DNA of 64,000 nt from Alphaproteobacteria bacterium (lineage in GTDB: Bacteria > Pseudomonadota > Alphaproteobacteria > UBA7887), in NCBI GenBank assembly GCA_965216755.1, contig CBDCGL010000011.1, positions 3,168,001-3,232,000 of the forward strand. The letters are read 5' to 3'. A program made the position numbers and the translations under genes. Shown here one piece after another: positions 11,137-21,746 of the stretch. The notes under the pieces were generated by a model. The model was not told where the DNA came from. It worked only from the letters and a program-made list of their open reading frames with translations, and ran no database searches. Numbering within the stretch: position 1 is the stretch's first letter; each line of letters starts with the position of its first letter.

Positions 11137-12299
11137 CTGCACGCGTCCTGGAGACGCCCGACCAAATCGGTGCGTTCCCACGAAAACCCGCCATCGGCTT
11201 CCGGCGTCCGGCCGAAATGGCCATAGGCGGCCGTACGTGCGTAAATCGGCCGACTCAGTTCAAGGTGCTCACGTATGCCGCGCGGCGACAAGTCGACCTC
11301 GGTGTGCAGCACTTTCTCGAGCTGGCCGTTTGTGACTCTGCCGGTGCCGTGGGTATCGACATATACCGCCAGCGGCTTTGAGACGCCGATGGCGTAGGCC
11401 AATTGGATCGTACAACGGTCGGCCAACTCCGCGGCGACCACGTTCTTTGCCAGATAACGCGCGGCATAGGCGGCTGAACGATCGACTTTGCTCGGGTCCT
11501 TGCCGGAAAACGCGCCCCCGCCATGAGGCGCCGCCCCGCCATAAGTATCGACAATGATCTTGCGCCCGGTGACCCCGGCGTCGCCGTCGGGACCACCGAT
11601 GACAAAGCGACCGGTCGGGTTGACGTAAAATTCCTCCTCAGGGCACATCCAACCGTCGGGAAGAACGTTTGTGACGTGCGGCCGTACGATATTGCGCACC
11701 TCGTCTTGACTGAGCGCCTCGGCATGCTGGGTCGACACGACAACCGACGTGGCACCGACGGGAATTCCGTCGACATAACGCAGCGTAACCTGTGTCTTGG
11801 CATCAGGGCCCAAGCCTGGTTCGGCGCCGGAATGCCGCGCTTCCGCCAATGATCTGAGAATTTGGTGGCTGTATTGAATCGGCGCCGGCATCAAGGCTGG
11901 TGTTTCGCGGCAGGCGTAACCAAACATGATTCCTTGGTCGCCGGCCCCCTCGTCTTTGTTGCCGGCCGCATCGACGCCCTGCGCGATATCGCCGGACTGC
12001 TGGTGCAGGTAGATTTCAACCCGCGCGTTGTTCCAATGAAAGCCATCCTGTTCGTAGCCGATGTCGCGCACAGCACTGCGTGCGATGCTCTCGATACGCT
12101 CCGGCGAGATGTCCGCGCCACGCGTTTCGCCAGCAATGACAATCAGATTGGTTGTGGTCAATGTCTCGGCCGCGACGCGCGCGACAGAATTTTCGGTTAG
12201 AAACGCATCGACGATCGCATCCGAAATGCGATCGCAGACCTTGTCCGGATGGCCTTCGGACACCGATTCACTGGTAAATAGATGCTCGGAGTGCGACAT
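11133..12299 (-). CDS. metK: S-adenosylmethionine synthetase
   Basis: [38 protein letters not shown]; GGGGAG ribosome-binding site before ATG 12299. Confidence 0.99.
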   Translation of the reverse strand: MSHSEHLFTSESVSEGHPDKVCDRISDAIVDAFLTENSVARVAAETLTTTNLIVIAGETRGADISPERIESIARSAVRDIGYEQDGFHWNNARVEIYLHQQSGDIAQGVDAAGNKDEGAGDQGIMFGYACRETPALMPAPIQYSHQILRSLAEARHSGAEPGLGPDAKTQVTLRYVDGIPVGATSVVVSTQHAEALSQDEVRNIVRPHVTNVLPDGWMCPEEEFYVNPTGRFVIGGPDGDAGVTGRKIIVDTYGGAAPHGGGAFSGKDPSKVDRSAAYAARYLAKNVVAAELADRCTIQLAYAIGVSKPLAVYVDTHGTGRVTNGQLEKVLHTEVDLSPRGIREHLELSRPIYARTAAYGHFGRTPEADGGFSWERTDLVGRLQDACS

Positions 12300-12505
12300 G
12301 CGGTCTCCCCATCGGAAAATGTTTGATTGGAATACGCGCACGCCAGTGGTCGTCGCGCTGGGTCCAATTCAGCGTGCTTGCGCGCAGGCGCACCCATGCC
12401 CGTGGCCGCCAGATCGCGGTTGATAGCACCTGTCTGCAAAAATTTCTACGGCTGCGGTTCTCGTCCGGTGGCCGCCAACACCGGCCAAGCAATATGGAAC
12501 CGCCC

Positions 12506-12925
12506 TTAATCGGGGTTCGAGCCGTTGCTGTCCGTATCACCCAGCGCCTTGACCAAATCAAAAACGCGGCGCCGGACGCCGGCGCTGGGGATACGATGAT
12601 ACGCACGCACCAACTCCAGCGTTTCCCGCTTGGTCAGAGGATTGTCGTCGAATGGCTCCTGGCGTTCGGCCATGCCACGCACGGCATTGGCATCGCTGCC
12701 CGGCATATCATCGAAAAAGAACGACACCGGAACGTTCAGCACCTTGGCCAGTTGATATAGCCGGCTGGAGCCGACCCGATTGGTGCCGCGTTCGTATTTC
12801 TGCACTTGCTGAAACGTCAGCCCAATGGCCGCGCCCAGTTTTTCCTGACTCATGCCAAGCAACGTGCGCCGCAATCGAATACGCCCGCCGACGTGAATAT
12901 CAACCGGGTTCGGCTTTGCCGCCAT
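12506..12925 (-). CDS. XRE-family HTH transcriptional regulator
   Basis: PNPVDIHVGGRIRLRR...LGMSQEKL...LTFQQVQKYERGTNR; alphaproteobacterial regulator commonly found between lnt and metK. Confidence 0.93.
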   Translation of the reverse strand: MAAKPNPVDIHVGGRIRLRRTLLGMSQEKLGAAIGLTFQQVQKYERGTNRVGSSRLYQLAKVLNVPVSFFFDDMPGSDANAVRGMAERQEPFDDNPLTKRETLELVRAYHRIPSAGVRRRVFDLVKALGDTDSNGSNPD

Positions 12926-13415
12926 GGAAACAACTCCTCACTTCGACGTACGTATTGTAAAGCGCGCCCTGCGCGGAAACACACTATCGTTGCTTAGCAA
13001 GGCAGCTCACAACCCCTCCCAAAACGATCCCGCGAAGCGCCGATGCGCCGTCCGGCCGCCCCTGGTCCAAAGTGGTGCCACGTAATAACACGGCAACGAA
13101 TGCACCACGCCACGCCCGTGACCCCGGGGCACCAATACCTTGTACTGCCTGGTCGCCTGGCACACAAGCGCTTCGCCGCTGGGTTTACGCACGACATTCG
13201 TGAATTGCCCGCCCTGTTAGAGGAAGCGCCACGCGGCCGCAACCCTCGCAACGCGCTGGCTTGTTTAGCCTTGCAACAAAGGCGAATGGTGCAGCAGCTT
13301 TATCGCCTGCGGTTTGTACGCCTTTAATCACGGTGGCGAAGACAAATGGCCTATTTCCTTTAGCGGTATGGCGCGGTTGGCGGGACCATGCCGCGGCTAG
13401 CTATTTCATACTATT

Positions 13416-15014
13416 TTAGGCCGCCATTTTGGAATTTCGAGTCACCCGATATATCGTCGCCGCGGCAAGAATAAAGCCGACCAACACAAGAATTGGCGCG
13501 TTGCCCAAGCGCGCATATACGGTTGGGGCGATCGCCGATGGCAACGTGGCATCCAAAACGTCGGCCGTGCCAAGGTCCAATCGTGCAATTTCGCGCCCAT
13601 AGGCATCGGCTATCAACGAGATCCCTGTATTGGCGGCGCGGACCAGTGGCAGGCCTTCTTCGATCGATCGCGTGCGGGCTTGCGCCAAATGCTGATAAGG
13701 CCCCGGACTGATGCCATACCACGCGTCGTTGGTGACATTTAGCAACCATGCCGGGCGTTGTTCAGCCTTGACCACCGCGCCGGGAAAAATCGCTTCATAG
13801 CAGATCAGCGGGCTGAACGGCGGCAACGCGCCGGCGGTTATTGTTTGTGGGCCCGGGCCACGCGAGAAGTCGGTATCGCCAACCGTAAGCTTGGCAACAT
13901 CCAATATAGCGCGAAACGGGAAATACTCACCGAACGGCACCAAATGAAACTTGTCATACGTCGCCGTGATATCACCATCGTGTGCAACGGCATGCAGACT
14001 GTTCCAATAGCGTAACTTGCCGTCGGGCGCGCTTGCGGCACGCACCGCACCGGCAATCACGGTCCGCCTGTCATCGGTAAGCCGCCCGATCGCGGCACGT
14101 GCCTCGGGTGTGTTTTCTAACAAAAACGGTACTGCGGTTTCCGGCCAGATCACGGCGTCGACGTCGTCAAGACCGGGCGCAAGAGTCAATTCGACATGGG
14201 CGTTGAAGTGCGCGACGCGCAAGTCATCACGCCATTTATGATGCTGCGCAATATTGGCTTGAACAATGCGTAGCCGCGGCCCGGGGGCAGCCGGCATTGT
14301 GGCCGCCGGCACAGTGGCAGCAAGACGCGCGACGCCGCCCGCCCACAACAACCCTGGCACGAGACCGATGAGCGCCAGCGCCATCCAAATCGTCGCCCGC
14401 CGCGGCTGTTGACCGACACCGGCGCACGGATTCGATGGCCACATTACAGCCGGCGCGGTGGCCGCGACAACGGTCACGAACGACAGCGCGAATATCCCGC
14501 CATATGCCGTTATCTGCATCATTGTTGCGGAATATGCCCATGCATAACCGATCAGATTCCACGGCAAACCGCCCAGAATCACATAGCCGCGCAACCATTC
14601 CGTGGCGCTCCAAGCTGCCGCAAAAACCATAACCCCGGCGATCCCGCGCACGTTCCAGCACGCCACCAACCAGGTCGCCAATCCGGCAAACAGGGCCAGG
14701 CTCGCGGCCAGCAAAACAACGGCAAATGGCGCCAACCATGGCATGATGGCGGCGACCGCAAAGGCATTGCCGACCCAATACATCCCGGCACCGAAAAAAC
14801 CGAAGCCGAAACTCCATCCGATCGCGAAACTTGCAACATGGCCACGGCTGGTCTGGACCATCCACAGCAGCAAGACGAACGCCGGTATCAAGAGCGGTAG
14901 CACAAAAAACGGTGCCATGGCGCCAGCGGCCAAGACCCCGGCGCAAAATGCGATCGCCAAACGTCGCCACCCACCGACGCGGCCAACCGCACGGGCCAAG
15001 CGTGTCATGGGCAA
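13416..15014 (-). CDS. lnt: apolipoprotein N-acyltransferase
   Basis: WPETA, YDKFHLVPFGEY, ICYEAIF, TNDAWYG, RAANTGIS. Confidence 0.97.
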   Translation of the reverse strand: MPMTRLARAVGRVGGWRRLAIAFCAGVLAAGAMAPFFVLPLLIPAFVLLLWMVQTSRGHVASFAIGWSFGFGFFGAGMYWVGNAFAVAAIMPWLAPFAVVLLAASLALFAGLATWLVACWNVRGIAGVMVFAAAWSATEWLRGYVILGGLPWNLIGYAWAYSATMMQITAYGGIFALSFVTVVAATAPAVMWPSNPCAGVGQQPRRATIWMALALIGLVPGLLWAGGVARLAATVPAATMPAAPGPRLRIVQANIAQHHKWRDDLRVAHFNAHVELTLAPGLDDVDAVIWPETAVPFLLENTPEARAAIGRLTDDRRTVIAGAVRAASAPDGKLRYWNSLHAVAHDGDITATYDKFHLVPFGEYFPFRAILDVAKLTVGDTDFSRGPGPQTITAGALPPFSPLICYEAIFPGAVVKAEQRPAWLLNVTNDAWYGISPGPYQHLAQARTRSIEEGLPLVRAANTGISLIADAYGREIARLDLGTADVLDATLPSAIAPTVYARLGNAPILVLVGFILAAATIYRVTRNSKMAA

Positions 15015-15029
15015 ACCTATCGCGCGGTT

Positions 15030-16088
15030 CTAATGATCAGCAGCACTGGTTGCGTCGGTATCGCTCGGCGCGGGGCGATGAACACACAATCGCCGTATGC
15101 GGCGCGGATCGCCCTCCAAAATCTCGAAAGACAGTCCGGCGGGATGCACGATGCGCTCGCCAGGCTCAGGCACCCGCCCAGCCAACTCGAACACCAGCCC
15201 GCCCAGCGTATCGATATCGTCCTGGCGTTCGGGCGGCAGCAAAGCCAGACCGACCATCGCTTCCAATTCTGGCACCGGGACACGCGCGTCGGCTTCGATC
15301 CGACGCCGGTCGCGCTCAATCAACAGCGGCCGCGCGGCGCGGTCATGTTCGTCCTCGATTTCGCCAACGATTTCTTCGACCAAGTCCTCAATCGTCACCA
15401 AGCCATCGGTGCCGCCATGTTCGTCGACAACCAGGGCCATGTGCACTTTGGTTGCGCGCATCTGCACCAACAAATCGCGCACCGGCATCGATGGCGGTAC
15501 GAACAGAAGTCGACGCGCCAGACCGCCGATCTCAATCGGGCGATCGGCGCCCCAATAGCGCAGCAGATCACGGACGTGAACCATGCCCAATACGTCATCC
15601 AGCGTGCCCCGATAAACTGGCAGGCGCGAATGGCCTTGACGCGACATCAGGCCGACCACTTCGTCCAAGGGTGTCTCATGCGCGACCGCCACGATGTCCG
15701 CGCGCGGCACCATGACATCCTCGACCTCAAGGCCACCAAACTCGAGCAGATTGCGCAGCATGGTTCGTTCGTCTTCGGACAACGGCTCGGCGCCCGGGTC
15801 TTCTTCTTCAATCAGCTCCTCGAGCGATTCCCGCAACCCATTGTCGGAACCGCCCAGTCCGGCCAACGACAAAAGCCAGTTGCCAAACCAGCGCAGCGGT
15901 TGACTCTCGCCGCCGGTTGACGACGCACCGTCGGTGCCCCGGCCGTCGGTGCCCCGGCCGTCGGCGCCGGCTGCCACAGCCGCCGGTTTGGCGCCTTTGA
16001 CCATCGGTCCCGATTGGCCGGCCACGTGACCAAGCGCTGATTTGTGCAGCGCGCCATCGACGGCGCGGCGGGATGAAGGTTCACTCAT
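15030..16088 (-). CDS. CorC/HlyC-family CBS-domain protein
   Basis: VEDVMVPRADI, HSRLPVY, VVDEHGGTDGLVTIEDLVEEIVGEIEDEHD; ATG 16088 overlaps the ybeY end. Confidence 0.95.
   Translation of the reverse strand: MSEPSSRRAVDGALHKSALGHVAGQSGPMVKGAKPAAVAAGADGRGTDGRGTDGASSTGGESQPLRWFGNWLLSLAGLGGSDNGLRESLEELIEEEDPGAEPLSEDERTMLRNLLEFGGLEVEDVMVPRADIVAVAHETPLDEVVGLMSRQGHSRLPVYRGTLDDVLGMVHVRDLLRYWGADRPIEIGGLARRLLFVPPSMPVRDLLVQMRATKVHMALVVDEHGGTDGLVTIEDLVEEIVGEIEDEHDRAARPLLIERDRRRIEADARVPVPELEAMVGLALLPPERQDDIDTLGGLVFELAGRVPEPGERIVHPAGLSFEILEGDPRRIRRLCVHRPAPSDTDATSAADH
15928..15968. repeat. 15-bp tandem repeat (~2.7 copies) in the CorC N-terminal linker
   Basis: CCGTCGGTGCCCCGG x2 plus a partial copy; encodes GADGRGTDGRGTDG. 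Confidence 0.85.
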
Positions 16089-16602
16089 GAGTCCGTACAG
16101 CATCGCGGTTGCTCGATGTCTCCCGGGCATAAGGGTTGGCAATACCTAAAGTGGTCAAAATCCGTCGCTCATGAGATTCCATCCGGCCCGCCTGAGCCGG
16201 CGTCTCGTGGTCATGGCCGCACAGATGCAGAACACCGTGGACGACCAGGTGCGCGACATGATCTTCAAAAGACTTGCCCTGCGTGCCCGCCTCACGCCTG
16301 ACCGTCTCGAAACTCAAGCAGACATCGCCCGCCAGCCGCGGCGCTTTGCCGATGCTCGGGCTGTCGGCGGGAAACGCCAACACGTTGGTGGCGCGGTCGC
16401 GGCTGCGATAGCGGCGGTTGAGACCACGCATGACCGAGTCATTGGTGAGAAAAATGCTCAGATCGCCGACATCACCGGCCGCCTCAACGGCAGCACGCGC
16501 GGCCCGTCGGCAAAGCGACACGCAGGCCGGTATGCCTTGCCAGCGTGGGTCGTCGACAGCAATGTCGATCGCAGATCCGTCGTCGTCGGCGTCGCCGCTC
16601 AT
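16081..16602 (-). CDS. ybeY: rRNA maturation RNase YbeY
   Basis: LNRRYR..D.ATNVLAFP, HLVVHGVLHLCGHDH. Confidence 0.96.
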   Translation of the reverse strand: MSGDADDDGSAIDIAVDDPRWQGIPACVSLCRRAARAAVEAAGDVGDLSIFLTNDSVMRGLNRRYRSRDRATNVLAFPADSPSIGKAPRLAGDVCLSFETVRREAGTQGKSFEDHVAHLVVHGVLHLCGHDHETPAQAGRMESHERRILTTLGIANPYARETSSNRDAVRTHE

Positions 16603-17648
16603 GACCTTTCAGGCGCCGTTGTCGCGCTTTCCGGCGCTGGCGCTTGTCGCTCTTTCGCCGCATCCCGGTCCTGATACGCCCGCACGATCTTTGTCACCAG
16701 CGGGTGTCGAACCACATCGGCGTCGGTGAACTGGACAACTCTAACGCCCTCGACGTGGCGCGTCACGGATAACGCGTCGTGCAAGCCGGATCGTTCGCCG
16801 CGGGGAAGATCGATTTGCGAGGGATCGCCGGTTACCACCATGCGTGAATGTTCACCCAGTCGGGTTAAGAACATCTTCATTTGCACGGGCGTCGCGTTCT
16901 GCGCTTCATCGAGGATCACAAAAGCGTTGGCCAACGTGCGGCCACGCATAAAGGCCAACGGTGCAACTTCGATCTCGCCGCTTTCTAAGCGATGGGTTAC
17001 GCGATCGGCCGGCATCATGTCGTAGAGCGCGTCATAAAGCGGCCGCAGATAGGGGTCGACTTTTTCGCGCAAATCCCCAGGCAGAAAGCCCAGGCGTTCG
17101 CCGGCTTCGACGGCCGGTCGAGACAACACAATGCGATCGACGTGGCCTTTTGAGAGCATCGACACGGCAATGGCGACAGCCAGATAGGTCTTGCCCGTGC
17201 CAGCCGGTCCAATCCCAAATACCAACTCGGCCTCGCGGATCGCGCGTACGTACGCCGCTTGATTGGGCGACCGCGGCATGATTTGGTGCCGCTGGGTTTG
17301 GATAAATGTGTCCTCGGAGATCAGCCGCGCTCGGGGCTCGGTCTCGTCACGGGCCGCCGCCATGCGCAGCGCCGCATCAACTTCGTCCGGACCAACGTCC
17401 TTGCCCGATTCCAACATCGTGTAGAGTTCCGCCAAGACGTCGCGCGCCGCCGCCGTCTGCCGCGCCGCGCCTGAAACCGCCAAGCGGTTACCGCGACTCG
17501 AAATCCATACCCCCAATTTCTGTTCGATTCGCGCCAAGTGCTGGTCGTGCTCGCCGAACAGCGCGCCCAGCAGCGCGTTGTCATCAAAGCTGACGTAGAG
17601 TGTGGATTTCTCCAAAGTGGACTTCTGCGATCGACGAGGTCGAGTCAA
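16599..17648 (-). CDS. phoH: PhoH-family ATPase
   Basis: [38 protein letters not shown]. Confidence 0.96.
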   Translation of the reverse strand: MTRPRRSQKSTLEKSTLYVSFDDNALLGALFGEHDQHLARIEQKLGVWISSRGNRLAVSGAARQTAAARDVLAELYTMLESGKDVGPDEVDAALRMAAARDETEPRARLISEDTFIQTQRHQIMPRSPNQAAYVRAIREAELVFGIGPAGTGKTYLAVAIAVSMLSKGHVDRIVLSRPAVEAGERLGFLPGDLREKVDPYLRPLYDALYDMMPADRVTHRLESGEIEVAPLAFMRGRTLANAFVILDEAQNATPVQMKMFLTRLGEHSRMVVTGDPSQIDLPRGERSGLHDALSVTRHVEGVRVVQFTDADVVRHPLVTKIVRAYQDRDAAKERQAPAPESATTAPERS

Positions 17649-19045
17649 TCAGCTCTCCTTAATGGCCCAGCGGCCAACGCCACCGGTTGTTCGTGCCCAT
17701 CTGGAATTGCTGCCAAACTATTCGCATGGCATTCGATAACGCGAACGCGTTCGATATCCCCCGGCTGCGCCGCCGTGGCGGTCACGTGAACCGGTTGCAG
17801 ATAGGGGCTGCGGCCGACAAGCTGGCCCGCGTGCCGACCAGGCTTTTCGTAGAGAACCGAAACATCCGTGCCGATGATAGACCGGTTGAAGGCTTGCTTC
17901 TGTTGCTCCAATAGATCTTGTAGCGTCGCCAACCGAGTTGTTTTCGTGGCTTCTGGCACGTGGTCTTTCAGCGCTGCCGCGGGTGTCCCGGGGCGGGGGC
18001 TGAATTTGAATGAAAACGCCTGGGCAAATTCCACGTCCGCCACAAGCGCCATTGTGGCAGCGAAATCGTCTTCGGTCTCGCCCGGAAAACCGACGATGAA
18101 ATCAGAAGACAAGGCCAAGTCTTGTCGCGCCGCCCGCAATCGATCAACGATGCGCCGATAATCATCAGCCGTATAACGACGGTTCATCGCCCCCAGCACC
18201 CGATCCGATCCGGATTGTATCGGCAAATGTAGAAACGGCATCAACTTGGATTCGTCGCGATGCGCTGCGATCAAGTCCGCGTCGACGTCGCGCGGGTGCG
18301 AGGTTGTGTAGCGAATGCGCGCCAGACCATCGATTTTGGCCAGCCTGCGAATCAACGGCCCCAATCCCAAGGCGCCGCGATCATCGTCGCGGCCATGAAA
18401 GGCATTGACGTTTTGGCCAAGTAGGCAGATTTCGCGCGTGCCGCGCGCAACCATGGTTTCGGCCTCTTCGACAATCGCATCCACGGGGCGCGAAAATTCG
18501 GCACCGCGCGTGTAAGGCACCACGCAAAATGTGCAGAACTTGTCACACCCTTCTTGAATCGTTAGGAAATCGACCACCGCCGATGCCTGTCGCACGGACG
18601 AAAAATGGTCGAACTTGTCCTCGGCCGGAAAATCCGTTGCCACGGCTCTCTCACCGGCCGACACCTGCGCGATCAATCCCGGCAGCGCATGGGTCATTTG
18701 CGGCCCGACCACGATATCGACGTGGGGCGCCCGGCGCTGAATCTCCTCACTCTCGGCCTGCGCCACACATCCGGCGACGGCGATCACCATGCGCCGGCCA
18801 TTTCGCTCGGCACGTTTCTGCAAGCGGCGCAAACGGCCAAGCTCGGAAAAAACCTTTTCCGCCGCCTTTTCGCGGATGTGGCATGTATTCAAAATGACCA
18901 TGTCGGCGGCGTCAGGTTCTTCCACCGGTCTGTAGCCGAGTGGCCCCAGCACATCGACCATGCGCGCCGAATCGTAGACGTTCATTTGGCAGCCATATGT
19001 CTTGATATAAACCCGCTTGCCGCTTCGGGCGGGCGTATCTGCCAT
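17645..19045 (-). CDS. miaB: tRNA-2-methylthio-N6-dimethylallyladenosine synthase
   Basis: [21 protein letters not shown], radical-SAM [12 protein letters not shown] domain; start refined to ATG 19045. Confidence 0.98.
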   Translation of the reverse strand: MADTPARSGKRVYIKTYGCQMNVYDSARMVDVLGPLGYRPVEEPDAADMVILNTCHIREKAAEKVFSELGRLRRLQKRAERNGRRMVIAVAGCVAQAESEEIQRRAPHVDIVVGPQMTHALPGLIAQVSAGERAVATDFPAEDKFDHFSSVRQASAVVDFLTIQEGCDKFCTFCVVPYTRGAEFSRPVDAIVEEAETMVARGTREICLLGQNVNAFHGRDDDRGALGLGPLIRRLAKIDGLARIRYTTSHPRDVDADLIAAHRDESKLMPFLHLPIQSGSDRVLGAMNRRYTADDYRRIVDRLRAARQDLALSSDFIVGFPGETEDDFAATMALVADVEFAQAFSFKFSPRPGTPAAALKDHVPEATKTTRLATLQDLLEQQKQAFNRSIIGTDVSVLYEKPGRHAGQLVGRSPYLQPVHVTATAAQPGDIERVRVIECHANSLAAIPDGHEQPVALAAGPLRRAD

Positions 19046-19301
19046 GACCGATGGAGAGAGCGGTTCGGGATCAGGCACGTGCGCCAATCTTACCCACAGC
19101 CGCGAGCGACGGGATGGCGTCGGTCGGAAGCTGGAAGGTGCTGCGCTCGCGGCACCGACCGGCAAATGGTCTTGCGTACGAGGCCGCCACGGCAGATTCG
19201 TACCGAAAACGGAACGAAACAGGATCGCGACTACAAGTAATGGACAATTCGACCGCGCGTTTAGCTTTTTCTCGCTGATATCATCGCCTTGTCTCTGCTC
19301 G

Positions 19302-19320
19302 CTCGAGCCGTGTCCGACAA
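19302..19320. repeat. solo terminal-repeat remnant of the MITE family
   Basis: CTCGAGCCGTGTCCGACAA matches the copy-3 end CTAGAGCCGTGTCCGACAA at 18 of 19 positions. Confidence 0.6.
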
Positions 19321-19333
19321 GCGGCGATATAGT

Positions 19334-20176
19334 TTAAACCTTAGCATTCGGCGGGGGGCTGTCAAGCGCACCCGAAATTGCACCGTGCCCGCTGTTCGTG
19401 GCCACCGGTTGTCCGTTCAAGGCATTTGCCAGGCCGTCGCTCACCGTCTGCTGGCACCACGCGGCCATGGCTTTGCGCGAACCAAAATCATCAATGGTGA
19501 CCGGGCGGTGATAGATCACCTTGACCGCAAACGTCCCCAGACCCAGCGCAACCCACAAATGGCCCATTAAGTCCATGTCGCCATACCACGCCACCAACGG
19601 CCGGTTGGCACGCCCGATCGGCAAACCATTCAGATCTGTATAGGCAACTGTGACCGGTTGGACCAGCACATGGCCGCCGTCGACGGCGCGCTCTGCAATA
19701 CTAAAAAACGTGCTGTTGAAGCGCATGACGCGGTTGCCATTGTTGCTGGTGCCCTCTGGGAACAGGATGATGCTGTCGCCATCTTCCAGCCGCTGTTGCA
19801 GCTCGTCACGTTCCGCGCGGCTGCGCGACGTGCGTCGTGCGACGAAAACACTCCGCTGAAGCTTTGCCAGCATTCCGAATAGCGGCCAACCGGCGACCTC
19901 CTGTTTGGCGACAAACGACGCCCGCAGCACGGCGCCAAGCACAACGATATCGAGATATGACGCGTGATTGACCACAAACAGCACCGGTGCTTGCGCCGCA
20001 GGCATGCCGATTTCCTTAACGTCGATGCCCATCAAATAGCAATTGCCGCGATGATAAAGTTGCGGGACAGCCTTGGCTAAGCGTGGACTGACACGCACCG
20101 CAACGATTTGGACCGGCAGCAACAATGCCATCCATGCCGCGCAAAGAACCGCCCGCAGCGCCGCACGCACCACCAT
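19334..20176 (-). CDS. olsA: lyso-ornithine-lipid/lysophospholipid acyltransferase (OlsA/PlsC family)
   Basis: NHASYLDI, FVAKQEV, LFPEGTS; adjacent to an olsB-like gene. Confidence 0.8.
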   Translation of the reverse strand: MVVRAALRAVLCAAWMALLLPVQIVAVRVSPRLAKAVPQLYHRGNCYLMGIDVKEIGMPAAQAPVLFVVNHASYLDIVVLGAVLRASFVAKQEVAGWPLFGMLAKLQRSVFVARRTSRSRAERDELQQRLEDGDSIILFPEGTSNNGNRVMRFNSTFFSIAERAVDGGHVLVQPVTVAYTDLNGLPIGRANRPLVAWYGDMDLMGHLWVALGLGTFAVKVIYHRPVTIDDFGSRKAMAAWCQQTVSDGLANALNGQPVATNSGHGAISGALDSPPPNAKV

Positions 20177-20188
20177 TCTGGGCCCGCG

Positions 20189-21010
20189 TCAGACCGCTCC
20201 GACGTGACGCGCCGCCGATTGATAATGTTGGCGGTACTTGTCAGCGACCAGAGCCGTCTTGACCACCACGCAAACATCGGTTGTGTGGAACTGGTGATCG
20301 ATCACCGCGCCGTCGCCGACAAACCCGCCCAACCGCAAATAGCCTTTGATCAGCGGCGGCAACGTCTCCAGTGCCCGGCGTCGATTGATATCGGCCGCCG
20401 CAATCCGATTCATCGGCTGGTAAATATGCGCCAGCGCCCGCGGCCGCAATCCGTCCGGCGCCAAGTGGTGGTGGTACAGGTACGACAAGGGCAGCGCCAG
20501 CGCGTCTTGGTCAACACCCGCCAAACTGGCGCAGCCGAACATCAAAGCAATGTCGTGATAAAAAACGTAGGCGGCGATGCCACGCCACAACAAGGTCATC
20601 GTTGCACCGTTGCGATAGCCGGCATCGACGCATGACCGCCCAAGTTCCAGGATCTCGCCCTCATGGGCGACGATTTGGCAGATGTCATACTCGCCGGCGG
20701 TATAGTACCCGCCACAGCGGTCAGCGACGCTGCCGCGGTTGAGCCGGTAAGTACCGACCACACCGCTGGTGCCATGACCGCGTTCGTGATCGATCACCAA
20801 CAGATGATCGAAGCGGTCATCAAATTCGTCGAAATCACGCCCGCTGGCGGCCATGGCCTGCGACGGCACCGCATCCATCTCCTCATAAAAGACCCGATAA
20901 CGCAGGGCTTGCGCCGCCCGCACTTCGGACAATGATGCAGCCAAACGGACTTCCAGGCTGCCGGCATGGATTCCGCGCATGCCGTCGTCGAAAACTTCAG
21001 CGGTGGCCAT
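20189..21010 (-). CDS. olsB: ornithine N-acyltransferase (OlsB-like GNAT)
   Basis: AQALRYRVFYEE, DHLLVID, VVGTYRL, ELGRSCV, LPPLIKGYLRLG. Confidence 0.85.
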   Translation of the reverse strand: MATAEVFDDGMRGIHAGSLEVRLAASLSEVRAAQALRYRVFYEEMDAVPSQAMAASGRDFDEFDDRFDHLLVIDHERGHGTSGVVGTYRLNRGSVADRCGGYYTAGEYDICQIVAHEGEILELGRSCVDAGYRNGATMTLLWRGIAAYVFYHDIALMFGCASLAGVDQDALALPLSYLYHHHLAPDGLRPRALAHIYQPMNRIAAADINRRRALETLPPLIKGYLRLGGFVGDGAVIDHQFHTTDVCVVVKTALVADKYRQHYQSAARHVGAV

Positions 21011-21012
21011 TT

Positions 21013-21441
21013 CTATTCCTCGCCGTTGTCATCCAACGGTTCGCCAAACAACTCCAGGCGATGATCGACCAACCTGTAGCCAAGCTGCCGCGCCACCGCG
21101 CGCTGCAGGCGTTCGATCTCTTCATTCCGAAACTCAACCACCCGACCGGTGCGCAAATCAATCAGATGATCGTGATGTTCGCGGGTGGCCTGTTCATAAC
21201 GGGCACGACCATCGCCGAAATCCAACTTGTCGAGCACCTGCGCCTCTTCGAACAGGCGCACGGTGCGATAGACGGTGGCCATGCTGATTCGCGGATCAAT
21301 GGCCGTGGCGCGCCGATAGACCTCACTCGCATCGGGATGATCGTCGGCGTCCGACAGCACCCGCGCAATCACGCGGCGCTGCTCGGTCATCTTTAGACCT
21401 TTATCCATACACAGACGTTCGACCCGTGACTCTACCGTCAT
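21013..21441 (-). CDS. fur: Fur/Mur-family metal-responsive regulator
   Basis: MTEQRRVIA, DHPD, ISMATVYRTVRLF, EHHDHLID; ATG 21441. Confidence 0.93.
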   Translation of the reverse strand: MTVESRVERLCMDKGLKMTEQRRVIARVLSDADDHPDASEVYRRATAIDPRISMATVYRTVRLFEEAQVLDKLDFGDGRARYEQATREHHDHLIDLRTGRVVEFRNEEIERLQRAVARQLGYRLVDHRLELFGEPLDDNGEE

Positions 21442-21746
21442 GAAACGTGCTCCAGCCCCCACGCCGCAATCGTGGCCCGGACCAGCAATCCGTTGTTGCC
21501 AACGGCTGGTCGTGCACGCCGCACCGTCTGCGACATCCAAGCGATCATGGGACTGAAGCCCCCCCCTGTACGGGCCGCGGCCTTCAGCTTCTGAATGCCG
21601 GTCGCCAATACGAGCCGACCGGACTATACGCCGCGCCGCCGCCGCAAACAACCAAGGCGCGGACGCCGCGCCCCCAACAGCTTGATTTGCATGGTTCATG
21701 CACGCCATAGTGGGACACTATGCCGTGCGATCTTGTCAATAATGTG

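Noticed and set aside
17598-17626. KSTLEKSTL repeat at the PhoH N-terminus
   Set aside because: A short, degenerate two-copy duplication in a variable tail; unremarkable.
21442-21708. Long N-terminal extensions in the ORF track for fur (also miaB, trpS, rbfA, phoB, ddpX, rimI)
   Set aside because: Artefacts of longest-ORF calling; downstream starts fit family lengths, and several have ribosome-binding sites.
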